This document shows, one piece after another, positions 40,777 through 49,883 of a stretch of 64,000 nt of DNA. The position numbers and the translations under genes are program-made. Origin of the DNA: an uncultured bacterium (lineage in GTDB: Bacteria > Patescibacteriota > Minisyncoccia > Moranbacterales > GWC2-37-73). How positions within the stretch are numbered: the stretch's first letter is position 1; each line of letters begins with the position of its first letter. The notes under the pieces were generated by a model. That model was not told the origin of the DNA, did not search any database, and saw only the letters and a program-made list of their open reading frames with translations. Location: the NCBI GenBank assembly GCA_903861715.1, contig CAIOVI010000019.1:5936-69935 (forward strand), read 5' to 3'.

Positions 40777-41418
40777 ATGACAAAAAAGTTAAAAAAAGAA
40801 GCTGAAATTAGTTTGGCAAAGCTTGAGGATAAAGAACTCTTGATAAAAGAGCTTAAAAAATTGGCACATGCTGGCACCAAGGAGGCGGTGGCAAAAATTG
40901 AAAAATATCTTGAAACAGAAAAAGATGCTGAAAGACGAGCTTACGGCGAAATGGCTCTGGAGGAATGTGAATTTTTTCTGTATGAACCAAGGAATGAAAA
41001 AGAGGAAAAGGAGCTGATGCTCTGTGAATTGATCAAGCGTCGCGAGCGTAGAGTTGATGATTTGACGATCAAAATTGACGGCGCTGAAATGAGATTGGAA
41101 AAATTAGCACTAGAAAAGAAGGTGCATAAAAAAGTTTTGGAGTCCAACAAAAGCAAGCAAGAAGATTGGCAGTATTTTTGGTTGGAAGATTTTGTGGGGA
41201 TGGAAAAAAATGAATTGCAAAAAATTGAAGATGAACTTGCCTATGAAGAAGCTTGGATTGAGCAGGCGAAGAAAATGATCACAACCGAAAGATATAAAAA
41301 AATTCCGTTTCGTTTTCTTGGACATTTCGACTTTGGTTTTGATGAAGATTTTCCAGAAGATGATGAGGATGCTTGCGATTGCGGTTGCTGCGAGAGTGAG
41401 GAAGAATTTAAATTTTAA
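40777..41418 (+). CDS. Hypothetical helical protein with acidic/Cys tail
   Basis: 213 aa; CDCGCC tail; shares a motif with 25772-26314. Confidence 0.8.
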   Translation: MTKKLKKEAEISLAKLEDKELLIKELKKLAHAGTKEAVAKIEKYLETEKDAERRAYGEMALEECEFFLYEPRNEKEEKELMLCELIKRRERRVDDLTIKIDGAEMRLEKLALEKKVHKKVLESNKSKQEDWQYFWLEDFVGMEKNELQKIEDELAYEEAWIEQAKKMITTERYKKIPFRFLGHFDFGFDEDFPEDDEDACDCGCCESEEEFKF

Positions 41419-41451
41419 AATTGAATCAATGAAATTGCTGTCGTTTGCAAT

Positions 41452-41485
41452 GAGGCTCAACCTCCATAATGGAGGTTGAGCCTCC
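41452..41485. repeat. REP-like double palindrome
   Basis: GAGGCTCAACCTCC-ATAAT-GGAGGTTGAGCCTCC. Confidence 0.9.
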
Positions 41486-41584
41486 AATGGCTGAAGTTAA
41501 ATATGTCCATTCAACCACATAAGGACATTTTGTTAACTCTGTATCAAACGTCTTATTTTTTTGATTAGAAATCCTTTATTATCT

Positions 41585-42709
41585 ATGCTTTCTTACATTG
41601 AAATATCAAAAGAAAATCTGCTACATAATTTTGCGGCGTTAAAATCACTGGTGCGACCGGAAGTTAAAATTATTTCAGTTATCAAGGCCAATGCTTATGG
41701 GCATGGGCAAAATGAGGTTGCGCAGATTCTTGAGGAGGTCACTGACTATTTCCAAGTGGATGATCTGCAAGAACTCAAGCTGCTGCGAGAAGTTTCTCAA
41801 AAGCCAACCCTGGTGCTGGGCTATGTTGCAAATGATGAGATAGCAGAAGCGCTAAGCTTTGGAGGAACACTTTGTGTTTATGCTGAGAAACAAATTTTTG
41901 AAATTGAAAAAAATGCAAACAAACTTGGCAAAATTGTGGATGTGCATGTGAAAATTGATGCCAGGTTGGGCAGGCAAGGTGTGTTGCCAGAAAATGCGGA
42001 AACAATAGTTGAAATTTTGAAAAAGTGTCAGCATATTCGCGTTCAGGCTGTTTATTGTCACTTTGCAAACATCGAGGACACTGCTGATTTTTCACATGCG
42101 CAAAAGCAAATTGAGGTGTTTGAACAAGTTGTGGCTTTTTTTCGAAAAAATGGTTTCGAAAACATCAAAACGCACATGTCTGCCAGTTCCGGAGTTATGG
42201 TGTATGAAAATATTCAGGGAAAATCAGGCTTTATTCGTCCGGGTCTAAGCCTTTATGGAATGTGGCCCTGCGAAGAATTGAAAAAGAAATTGGAGAGTGT
42301 GGATTTTTCTTTGAAGCCAGTGATGAAATGGGTGTCGCACATTGCTCAAGTTAAAACTTTGCCAGTCGGTCATTCAATTGGCTATGGTTTGACATTCATG
42401 ACTTCTCGACCGACGAAGATAGCCATAATTCCCCAGGGTTATAGTGATGGCTATGATCGAGGACTTTCAAATAAGGGTGAAGTCCTGATTGGCGGTTCTC
42501 GTTGCCAAGTTTTGGGTCGCGTGGCGATGAATATGTTTGTGGTTGATGTGAGCCATTTGGAAACTGTCAGTGCAGAAGACGAAGTCGTGCTGCTTGGCCG
42601 ACAAGGCAAGGAAACTATTTCGGCTGAAGAGATAGCTGAAAAAATTGAAACGATTAATTATGAAATAACCACGCGAATCTCGCCTTTGCTGAAGCGGATT
42701 GTTTGCTGA
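41585..42709 (+). CDS. alr: Alanine racemase
   Basis: VIKANAYGHG PLP lysine motif, IGYG, GYSDG, GRVAMN, INYEI. Confidence 0.96.
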   Translation: MLSYIEISKENLLHNFAALKSLVRPEVKIISVIKANAYGHGQNEVAQILEEVTDYFQVDDLQELKLLREVSQKPTLVLGYVANDEIAEALSFGGTLCVYAEKQIFEIEKNANKLGKIVDVHVKIDARLGRQGVLPENAETIVEILKKCQHIRVQAVYCHFANIEDTADFSHAQKQIEVFEQVVAFFRKNGFENIKTHMSASSGVMVYENIQGKSGFIRPGLSLYGMWPCEELKKKLESVDFSLKPVMKWVSHIAQVKTLPVGHSIGYGLTFMTSRPTKIAIIPQGYSDGYDRGLSNKGEVLIGGSRCQVLGRVAMNMFVVDVSHLETVSAEDEVVLLGRQGKETISAEEIAEKIETINYEITTRISPLLKRIVC

Positions 42710-42787
42710 GAATTAAAATCCGTCCATGGGAGCCACATATGGACATCTTGCTAAATGTTTAGGGAAATGTGATATAATTAGCAAGCT

Positions 42788-43663
42788 ATGAATTTTGACT
42801 TACTGTTTCAAATTTTAAACACTTGGCAATTTAACACCATCGCTTTTCTGGTGACGGCGGTTGTCTTTGCGCAATATTACAAGCTGGCTGTTAATGGCAT
42901 TAAAAAGGATGGAGTTGCTTTGGTGATTTTTCAACTGATCGGGGCCGTGAGCATTTTGGTTTTGGTTCCGTTTTTTCCAATAAAAATTTCCAATGACCCA
43001 AAGATTTACGGCTTGCTTTTTGCAGCAGTTATTTTTTATACCATCAATGATAGAATCCAAGCGACTATTAGAAAAAATTTGGAAGTCTCGCTTTATTCAA
43101 TTCTGAACCAGTTTTCAAGAGTTTTTTTGGTGCTGTATGGCATTTTTATTTTTAAGCAAGAAATTGTTTTGTTTAAGTTGCTTGGCGGTGGCTTGATTTT
43201 GCTTGGAAATATAATTCTTTTTTATCGAAAAGGGAGGTTTACTTTTAATAAATATGTATTGCTGGCAATTGTGGCAGCTTTTTGCGTGGCAACTGGGCTG
43301 GTAATTGATGTTGATATTTCGACTAGGTTTAATTTGCCGATATATATCATGCTGACGCTCGCACTTCCAGCGCTGATTATTTTCATTTCAGAACGTTTTT
43401 CTTTCAAGGAAGTTTTTGTCGAGTTCGTCTCCTTCCGGCAGAAAAATTTTCTCATAACGGGAATTTCTTGGGGTCTGATGATCTTGTTCATGATTCGGGC
43501 TTTGCAACTTGGCCAAGTGGTTTTCATCGCTCCGCTGATGGCGGTTTCAGTTTTTCTGAATGTGGTGGCTGCATATTTTTTGCACAAAGAGCACGACCAA
43601 TTTCTTCGAAAGATTTTAGTGGCGATTATAATTATTTTAGGCGTTTATTTAATAGTAGCTTAG
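42788..43663 (+). CDS. EamA/DMT transporter
   Basis: About 10 TM helices in two repeats. Confidence 0.8.
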   Translation: MNFDLLFQILNTWQFNTIAFLVTAVVFAQYYKLAVNGIKKDGVALVIFQLIGAVSILVLVPFFPIKISNDPKIYGLLFAAVIFYTINDRIQATIRKNLEVSLYSILNQFSRVFLVLYGIFIFKQEIVLFKLLGGGLILLGNIILFYRKGRFTFNKYVLLAIVAAFCVATGLVIDVDISTRFNLPIYIMLTLALPALIIFISERFSFKEVFVEFVSFRQKNFLITGISWGLMILFMIRALQLGQVVFIAPLMAVSVFLNVVAAYFLHKEHDQFLRKILVAIIIILGVYLIVA

Positions 43664-43806
43664 TGTTGCAGTATTTTTTAAGAAAAGTATAAAAACAGAA
43701 AGCATATTAAGCAAGGTTTAAAAAACTAACAATAGAGATAAAATCCTTTATTTAAGCCAATTATGAAAGATAAGAAGCTAGGGCCTGAAAAGCTAATTTT
43801 TGGCTC

Positions 43807-43834
43807 TTGACAGGATTTATTTATCGTGTAGAAT
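43807..43834 (+). promoter_or_regulatory. sigma70 promoter of tuf-rpsJ
   Basis: TTGACA-16-TAGAAT. Confidence 0.7.
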
Positions 43835-43989
43835 AAACAAGTATTGAGTTTTTGATTTTCCTCGAAAGGAATTTTTTTAATTGCTTTTTTTGGAATATCA
43901 TGTTAAAATTTTTTAGTAATTAAATTATCTTAAGTAACCGCTGGTTGCGGGGCAAAAATAGCCCCCAGCAAAAGCGAAAAACAATTAAT

Positions 43990-45183
43990 ATGGCAGTAGG
44001 AAAATTTGAGCGAACAAAACCACATGTAAACGTTGGAACAATTGGACACGTTGACCACGGCAAGACAACTTTGACCGCGGCTATTTTGCATTGCCAAAGC
44101 TTGAAAGGTTTTGCGAAAGAAAGAGGTGTTAATGAAATTGACAACGCTCCAGAAGAAAGAGAGCGCGGAATCACCATTGCAACTTCACACTGTGAATATG
44201 AAACCGAGGCTCGTCACTACGCTCATGTTGATTGTCCAGGTCATGCTGACTACATCAAAAACATGATCACAGGAGCTGCTCAAATGGACGGATCTATTAT
44301 CGTGGTTAGCGCTACTGATGGTCCTATGCCTCAGACTCGCGAACACATCTTGCTTGCCAAACAAGTTGGTGTGCCAGCAATCGTGGTTTTCATCAACAAG
44401 GTTGATATGGTTGATGACGCTGAATTGATTGACTTGGTGGAAGCTGAAATTCGAGAACTTTTGACCAAATATGAATTCGACGGAGAAAACGCTGCTGTTG
44501 TTCGCGGCAGCGCTACCAAGGCTTTGGCTGCAACATCTATTGAAGATCCTGCCGCTAAACCAATTTATGACTTGATGGATGCCCTTGATGCAAAAATTCC
44601 AGATCCAATTCGTGACACTGACAAGCCATTGTTGATGCCTATCGAAGACATCTTCTCAATCGAAGGTCGTGGAACGGTGGTGACCGGAAGAATCGAAAGA
44701 GGTGTGATCAACATCAATGAAGAAGTTGAAATCGTGGGTCTTCGCCCAACCGCCAAAACTGTGGTAACTGGAATTGAAATGTTCAACAAATCATTGGACA
44801 AAGGACAAGCCGGAGACAATGCGGGACTTTTGCTTCGCGGAATCAAGAAGGAAGATGTTGAACGCGGACAAGTTTTGGCCAAGACTGGCTCAATCACTCC
44901 CCACACTGAATTTGAAGGAGAAATTTACATTTTGACCAAAGAAGAAGGCGGACGACACACTCCATTTTTCAAAGGATACAAACCACAATTTTACATCCGA
45001 ACAACGGATGTGACTGGTGAAGTTATCCTGCCAGAAGGAACTGAAATGGTTATGCCTGGAGACACAATCAGCTTGACTGTCAAATTGATTGCCCCAGTTG
45101 CGATGGAAGAAGGAATGCGCTTTGCTATTCGCGAAGGAGGACGCACCGTTGGAGCCGGAGTTGCTACCAAAATCATCAAGTAA
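43990..45183 (+). CDS. tuf: Elongation factor Tu
   Basis: [43 protein letters not shown]. Confidence 0.99.
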   Translation: MAVGKFERTKPHVNVGTIGHVDHGKTTLTAAILHCQSLKGFAKERGVNEIDNAPEERERGITIATSHCEYETEARHYAHVDCPGHADYIKNMITGAAQMDGSIIVVSATDGPMPQTREHILLAKQVGVPAIVVFINKVDMVDDAELIDLVEAEIRELLTKYEFDGENAAVVRGSATKALAATSIEDPAAKPIYDLMDALDAKIPDPIRDTDKPLLMPIEDIFSIEGRGTVVTGRIERGVININEEVEIVGLRPTAKTVVTGIEMFNKSLDKGQAGDNAGLLLRGIKKEDVERGQVLAKTGSITPHTEFEGEIYILTKEEGGRHTPFFKGYKPQFYIRTTDVTGEVILPEGTEMVMPGDTISLTVKLIAPVAMEEGMRFAIREGGRTVGAGVATKIIK

Positions 45184-45277
45184 GTTCGAGTTTACTATGC
45201 AGACATAAGTCAAATTATGTCTGCTTGTGTTTCCTCAAACAATGTTTAAACAGTAATTTTTATTTCAATCTACTCAG

Positions 45278-45613
45278 ATGGCTTCGAAAAAAATAGAATC
45301 AGGACAAACATCCACCAGAATCAGAATTAAGATCAAAGCTTATGACAATAAGGTGATTGATCAGTCAGCCCGCAAAATTGTTGAAACTGCGGAACGAACC
45401 GGCGCCAGAATTACTGGTCCCGTGCCACTTCCAACAGAAATTCACAAGGTGACTGTCAACAAATCAACTTTTGTGCACAAGGATGCTCGCGAACAATATG
45501 AAATGCGAATCCACAAGCGTTTGGTTGACATCTGGGATCCAACTCCAAAGACAATTGAAAGCTTGACTGGGCTTGATTTGCCAGCTGGAGTTGATTTGGA
45601 AATCAAAATGTAG
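45278..45613 (+). CDS. rpsJ: 30S ribosomal protein S10
   Basis: [17 protein letters not shown]. Confidence 0.98.
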   Translation: MASKKIESGQTSTRIRIKIKAYDNKVIDQSARKIVETAERTGARITGPVPLPTEIHKVTVNKSTFVHKDAREQYEMRIHKRLVDIWDPTPKTIESLTGLDLPAGVDLEIKM

Positions 45614-45688
45614 TATGCGAATAGTCGCGAATGAGTGTTACGAATGGATGCGAATTATTTCCGAATAGTCGCGAATTGGCTGAAAAGC

Positions 45689-45717
45689 TTGCATAAATTT
45701 AAAAATTGGTTTAGGAT
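45689..45717 (+). promoter_or_regulatory. Candidate internal promoter for rplC onward
   Basis: TTGCAT-17-TAGGAT. Confidence 0.45.
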
Positions 45718-45931
45718 AAATAGACTAGAAAAAAGAAAAGAAACTAGTTAAAGTCCGGCCTTAAAAAGTCGGATACTCAATTAGCCAAGTCGCGGACTTT
45801 TCCGTTGACTCTGCTGGCTGAGAAGTCAGTTTTTTTAATCCTACGAAATTACGAAAAATATGGAATGATTTATTTTTGTAAATTTGTAAAGAGTTATAAA
45901 TTTTAGAATAAAGTTTAGGATATTTACTGAT

Positions 45932-46492
45932 ATGAAAAATATTTTAGGAAAAAAAATGGGCATGACAACGCTGTATGATCAAACGCAAGGTGCGCTTAAT
46001 GTTACTTTGATTGAATGCGAGCCAAACACTGTGGCTATTGTCAGGACTTCCGAGAAAGATGGTTATAGTGCCGTCCAACTTGCCACCCAAAAGACCAAGA
46101 AAGTTGCTCACAAGAAAGAATTTCGCAGTGAGCAGGCGGTGACATTGGCTGTTGGGGACAAGATTACCGTTGAAAATTTTGCGATTGGAGATTTGGTCAA
46201 GGTTAGCGGAATTGCCAAGGCAAAAGGATTTCAGGGAGGCGTGAAAAGACATGGGTTTGCGGGTTCTCCTGCATCTCATGGACACAAGCACGATTTGCGA
46301 GCTCCTGGTTCAATTGGTGCTCAGCAACCACAGCATGTTATCAAAGGAAAAAGAATGGCTGGACGTATGGGAGGCAAGAGAAAATCAGTGAAGAATGTGA
46401 AAGTGGTTTATTTGAATGTTGAAAAGAATTTGATCGGTGTGCTTGGCTCAGTGCCAGGTGTCGTCGGAAGAGTGGTTGAAATTAAAGGATAA
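45932..46492 (+). CDS. rplC: 50S ribosomal protein L3
   Basis: GKKMGMT, KGFQGGVKRHGF, KGKRMAGRMG. Confidence 0.98.
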   Translation: MKNILGKKMGMTTLYDQTQGALNVTLIECEPNTVAIVRTSEKDGYSAVQLATQKTKKVAHKKEFRSEQAVTLAVGDKITVENFAIGDLVKVSGIAKAKGFQGGVKRHGFAGSPASHGHKHDLRAPGSIGAQQPQHVIKGKRMAGRMGGKRKSVKNVKVVYLNVEKNLIGVLGSVPGVVGRVVEIKG

Positions 46493-46591
46493 TACGAATG
46501 CTGATACGAATTATGCCCGAATTATATACGAATATAATTTTAGGACAATTCGGATGTAATTAGGATATAATTTGGATTAAAATTAGGATAT
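46493..46591 (+). repeat. Ribosomal-operon spacer hairpin, type A
   Basis: 4x AT(A/C)CGAAT-like then 4x ATT(C/A/T)GGAT, from stop codon to ATG. Confidence 0.95.
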
Positions 46592-47221
46592 ATGGCTACA
46601 ATTGCCCTGCACAATCTAGAAGGAAAGAAATTGGAAGATTTGAACATTTCAGATGCGGTTTTCGCAGTGAAATCAAACGATGAACTTTTGCACCAAGTTT
46701 TCATGGTGATTGCTGGCAATCAAAGATTTTCAATTGCCAACACAAAAGACAAAAGTGAAGTTGCTGGAACTGGCAAAAAACCTTTCAAGCAAAAAGGAAC
46801 TGGCAGCGCCCGTCAAGGACAGAAAAGAAATCCAGTGATGAAAGGTGGTGGAATTGCTTTTGGACCAACCAGCGATCGAAATTTCAAACGCGATGTGAAC
46901 AAAAAAATGAAGCAAAAGGCGGTGCGGATTGCGCTTTCTGAAAAACTTCGCAGCGGAACTTTGATTGCGGTTGATGCTCTTGAGCTCAAGGACGCCAAAA
47001 CCAAAGCTTTTGCGCAAGTTATCAAAAACCTCAAACTGACTGGAAAGACTTTGGTGTCATTTGCTGATGGAGAAAAGAAATTGTCAATTGCTAGTCGCAA
47101 TCTTCCCAAGATTGCCAATATTGAAACCAAGGATTTGAATGTATATGATTTGCTCAACAACAAAAATGTGCTCTTGAGCAAAGCCTCGATTGCATTTTTG
47201 GAAGAAAAATTTAGCAAGTAA
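46592..47221 (+). CDS. rplD: 50S ribosomal protein L4
   Basis: KPFKQKGTGSARQG, GGGIAFGP. Confidence 0.98.
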   Translation: MATIALHNLEGKKLEDLNISDAVFAVKSNDELLHQVFMVIAGNQRFSIANTKDKSEVAGTGKKPFKQKGTGSARQGQKRNPVMKGGGIAFGPTSDRNFKRDVNKKMKQKAVRIALSEKLRSGTLIAVDALELKDAKTKAFAQVIKNLKLTGKTLVSFADGEKKLSIASRNLPKIANIETKDLNVYDLLNNKNVLLSKASIAFLEEKFSK

Positions 47222-47323
47222 ATCGCGAATCAACTCGAATTTAAATCCGAATAATCGCGAATAAAAAAGTATTAGAGAAAATTAGTGAAATAATTAGTGT
47301 TGATTAGTGATTTATTTAAACAT
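47222..47323 (+). repeat. Spacer hairpin, type B
   Basis: 4x CGAAT units then 4x ATTAG(A/T)G units. Confidence 0.9.
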
Positions 47324-47707
47324 ATGGCAGTAATAGAAGAGAAAAAAGAGAATATTGCAAAAAAGGAAGTAGCGGCCAAAAAGGCAGTGAAAAAGGTTGT
47401 TCCTCGAGCTGCTGAAAATGCCGACATTGCTTACAAAGTTTTGGTTGAACCTTGGATCACTGAAAAATCCCATGCAGGCTTGGCTGAAAACAAATATGTT
47501 TTCAGAATCACCCAGGATGCTACCAAGGCGCAAGTGAAAAAAGCAATCGAAGGTTTTTATCAAGTGAGTGTCCAAAAGGTTGCAGTTTTGAATTTTATTC
47601 CAAAGAAAAGAGCCTATGGCAGATTCGAAGGCGCAAAATCAGCAATCAAGAAAGCCGTGGTGACTTTGAAAGAAGGAGATAAGATTGAATTGTTCCAAGG
47701 AGCCTAG
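47324..47707 (+). CDS. rplW: 50S ribosomal protein L23 (N-terminal extension)
   Basis: PWITEKS, KKAVVTLKEG; start moved past the spacer. Confidence 0.96.
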   Translation: MAVIEEKKENIAKKEVAAKKAVKKVVPRAAENADIAYKVLVEPWITEKSHAGLAENKYVFRITQDATKAQVKKAIEGFYQVSVQKVAVLNFIPKKRAYGRFEGAKSAIKKAVVTLKEGDKIELFQGA

Positions 47708-47815
47708 ATGCGAATTATGATGCGAATTATATCCGAATATAATCCGAATCAGCAGGAAAGCTTTTTATGAAAAATTCGGAAATAATTAGGATGTAATTTG
47801 AATAAAAATTAGGAT
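47708..47815 (+). repeat. Spacer hairpin, type C
   Basis: ATGCGAAT x2, ATCCGAAT x2 / ATTCGGA, ATTAGGAT, ATTTGAAT, ATTAGGAT. Confidence 0.93.
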
Positions 47816-48646
47816 ATGGCAATTAAAGTATACAAAAAGAATACCGCAGGTAGGCGAAATATGAGTATTGTGAAGCCTGATGATTTGACCAAGAAGAAAC
47901 CTGAGAAATCTTTGCTGGCGCCAATGACTCAAAAGGCTGGACGCAGTCACGGCAAGATTTCAACCAGGCATCAAGGTGGTGGACACAAGAGACGCTATCG
48001 CTTGGTGGATTTCAAGCAACAAAAATTTGATATTCCTGGAAAAATTATTGCGATTGAACGAGACCCAAACAGAAGCGCTTTGATTGCTTTGGTTTCATAT
48101 AAAGATGGAGACAAACGATACGTGTTGGCTTCAGAAGGGATGAAGCAAGATGTGGAAATTGTGTCAGGCGAAAGCGCACCAATCAAAAAAGGTAATCGAA
48201 CCGTGCTGCGAAACATTCCTTCGGGAACAATCATCTCGAACATTGAATTAGTGGTTGGCAAAGGCGGACAACTTTCACGTAGCGCTGGATCCGGAGCAAC
48301 TTTGATGGCTATTGATGGAAAGATGGCGCAATTGAAAATGTCCTCGAATGAAATTCGTTTGGTGAGCAAAGATTGCTATGCAACTATTGGAAAAGTGAGC
48401 AACTTCGAACATAGCGCTGAAAAAATTGGAAAGGCTGGAAGAAACAGATGGAAAGGCAAACGACCAGAAGTTCGCGGATCAGCCATGAATCCAGTTGATC
48501 ATCCACACGGAGGAGGAGAAGGCCGACAAGGAATTGGATTGAAACATCCGAAGACTCCATGGGGCAAGCCAGCTCTCGGAAAGAAGACCAGAAAGAAGAA
48601 AAGATACAGTGATAAGTTTATTGTCAAGCGAAGAGTCAAGAAATAG
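47816..48646 (+). CDS. rplB: 50S ribosomal protein L2
   Basis: GGGHKRRYR, MNPVDHPHGGGEG. Confidence 0.99.
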   Translation: MAIKVYKKNTAGRRNMSIVKPDDLTKKKPEKSLLAPMTQKAGRSHGKISTRHQGGGHKRRYRLVDFKQQKFDIPGKIIAIERDPNRSALIALVSYKDGDKRYVLASEGMKQDVEIVSGESAPIKKGNRTVLRNIPSGTIISNIELVVGKGGQLSRSAGSGATLMAIDGKMAQLKMSSNEIRLVSKDCYATIGKVSNFEHSAEKIGKAGRNRWKGKRPEVRGSAMNPVDHPHGGGEGRQGIGLKHPKTPWGKPALGKKTRKKKRYSDKFIVKRRVKK

Positions 48647-48745
48647 ATACGAATGATGATACGAATTACATCCGAATTATATACGAATATAATTTACGGA
48701 TAATTCGGATATAATTAGGATATAATTTGAATAATAAATTAGGAT
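48647..48745 (+). repeat. Spacer hairpin, type A
   Basis: ATACGAATGATGATACGAATTACATCCGAAT...ATTAGGAT|ATG. Confidence 0.95.
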
Positions 48746-49093
48746 ATGTCAAGAAGTTTAAAGAAAGGACCATTTGTTGATGAGCGCGTTGTGAAGAAAG
48801 TTCTCAATGCAACTCCAGGGCAAGGCACAATTAAAACTTGGTCACGAGCCTGCACAATTACGCCTGAAATGATTGGTTTCACTTTTGGAGTGCATAACGG
48901 CAAAGAATTTATTCCAGTTTATGTCACAGAAGAAACGGTTGGACACCGACTGGGGGAATTTTCACCAACTCGCAAATTTGTCAGACATGGAGGTAAAATG
49001 CAGAAAGAAATAGAATCAGCCGCCAAGCAAAAAGCCCAAGATGCAGCCAAAGCAGCCAAGGCTGAGCCAGCAGGAGGAGCGAAGAAGAAATAG
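48746..49093 (+). CDS. rpsS: 30S ribosomal protein S19 (C-terminal extension)
   Basis: [23 protein letters not shown]. Confidence 0.98.
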   Translation: MSRSLKKGPFVDERVVKKVLNATPGQGTIKTWSRACTITPEMIGFTFGVHNGKEFIPVYVTEETVGHRLGEFSPTRKFVRHGGKMQKEIESAAKQKAQDAAKAAKAEPAGGAKKK

Positions 49094-49194
49094 ATACGAA
49101 TGTTGATACAAATTACATCCGAATTATATACGAATATAATTTATGAAAAATCCGGATATAATTAGGATATAATTCGAATAATAAATTAGGATAT
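49094..49194 (+). repeat. Spacer hairpin, type A
   Basis: Same consensus. Confidence 0.95.
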
Positions 49195-49779
49195 ATGAAA
49201 GTTAAAGCCTCACTCAAAAATTTAAGAATGTCTCCCCGAAAGGTCAGATTGGTCACCCGTAGTATTGTGGGCATGAATGTTGCTCAAGCCTTGATTCAAT
49301 TGCAAAATTTGGTCAAGAAAACGAGCAATCCTTTGGAGAAATTACTGCGAAGCGCTATTGCTAACGCCGAAAACAATTTTGGATTGGACAAAGACAATTT
49401 GTTTGTCAACAATATCCAAGTTGGTGGAGGACCAAGTTTGAAACGCTGGCTCCCGAGGGCTCAAGGACGAGCGACACTGATTTTGAAGAGAACTTGTCAA
49501 ATTGATCTGGAATTGGAAGAAAGTGTGGAAGGCAAGAATCGCAAATCGAAAGAGCAATTGGAAAAAGAAAGAGCGCAGCGAGAGAAGGCGACGCAAAAAA
49601 CAACTAAGGTGGAAGAAGTGAATGAAGCGGAAGTTGTGGATGAAGCGAAACCAGCGGAAACAGTAACTCAAAAAACAGTCACCAAAAAAACTCCAGTCAA
49701 GAAAGAAGTTCCCAAGAAAGGACAACAGAAAGATGGCAATTTTTTGAATAAAGTGTTTCAGCGAAAATCAGGAGTATAA
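49195..49779 (+). CDS. rplV: 50S ribosomal protein L22 with ~80-aa charged C-terminal extension
   Basis: SPRKVRLV, SAIANAENN, PRAQGRA. Confidence 0.97.
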   Translation: MKVKASLKNLRMSPRKVRLVTRSIVGMNVAQALIQLQNLVKKTSNPLEKLLRSAIANAENNFGLDKDNLFVNNIQVGGGPSLKRWLPRAQGRATLILKRTCQIDLELEESVEGKNRKSKEQLEKERAQREKATQKTTKVEEVNEAEVVDEAKPAETVTQKTVTKKTPVKKEVPKKGQQKDGNFLNKVFQRKSGV

Positions 49780-49883
49780 ATACGAATGAGATGCAAATTA
49801 TGGACGAATTGGATGCGAATGTGGCATAAAGTTTAAAAATTGGGATATAATTAGTATATAATTAGGATATTAAATTAGAATAT
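49780..49883 (+). repeat. Spacer hairpin, degenerate type A
   Basis: 4 CGAAT/CAAAT units, 4 ATT(A/G)G units. Confidence 0.85.
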
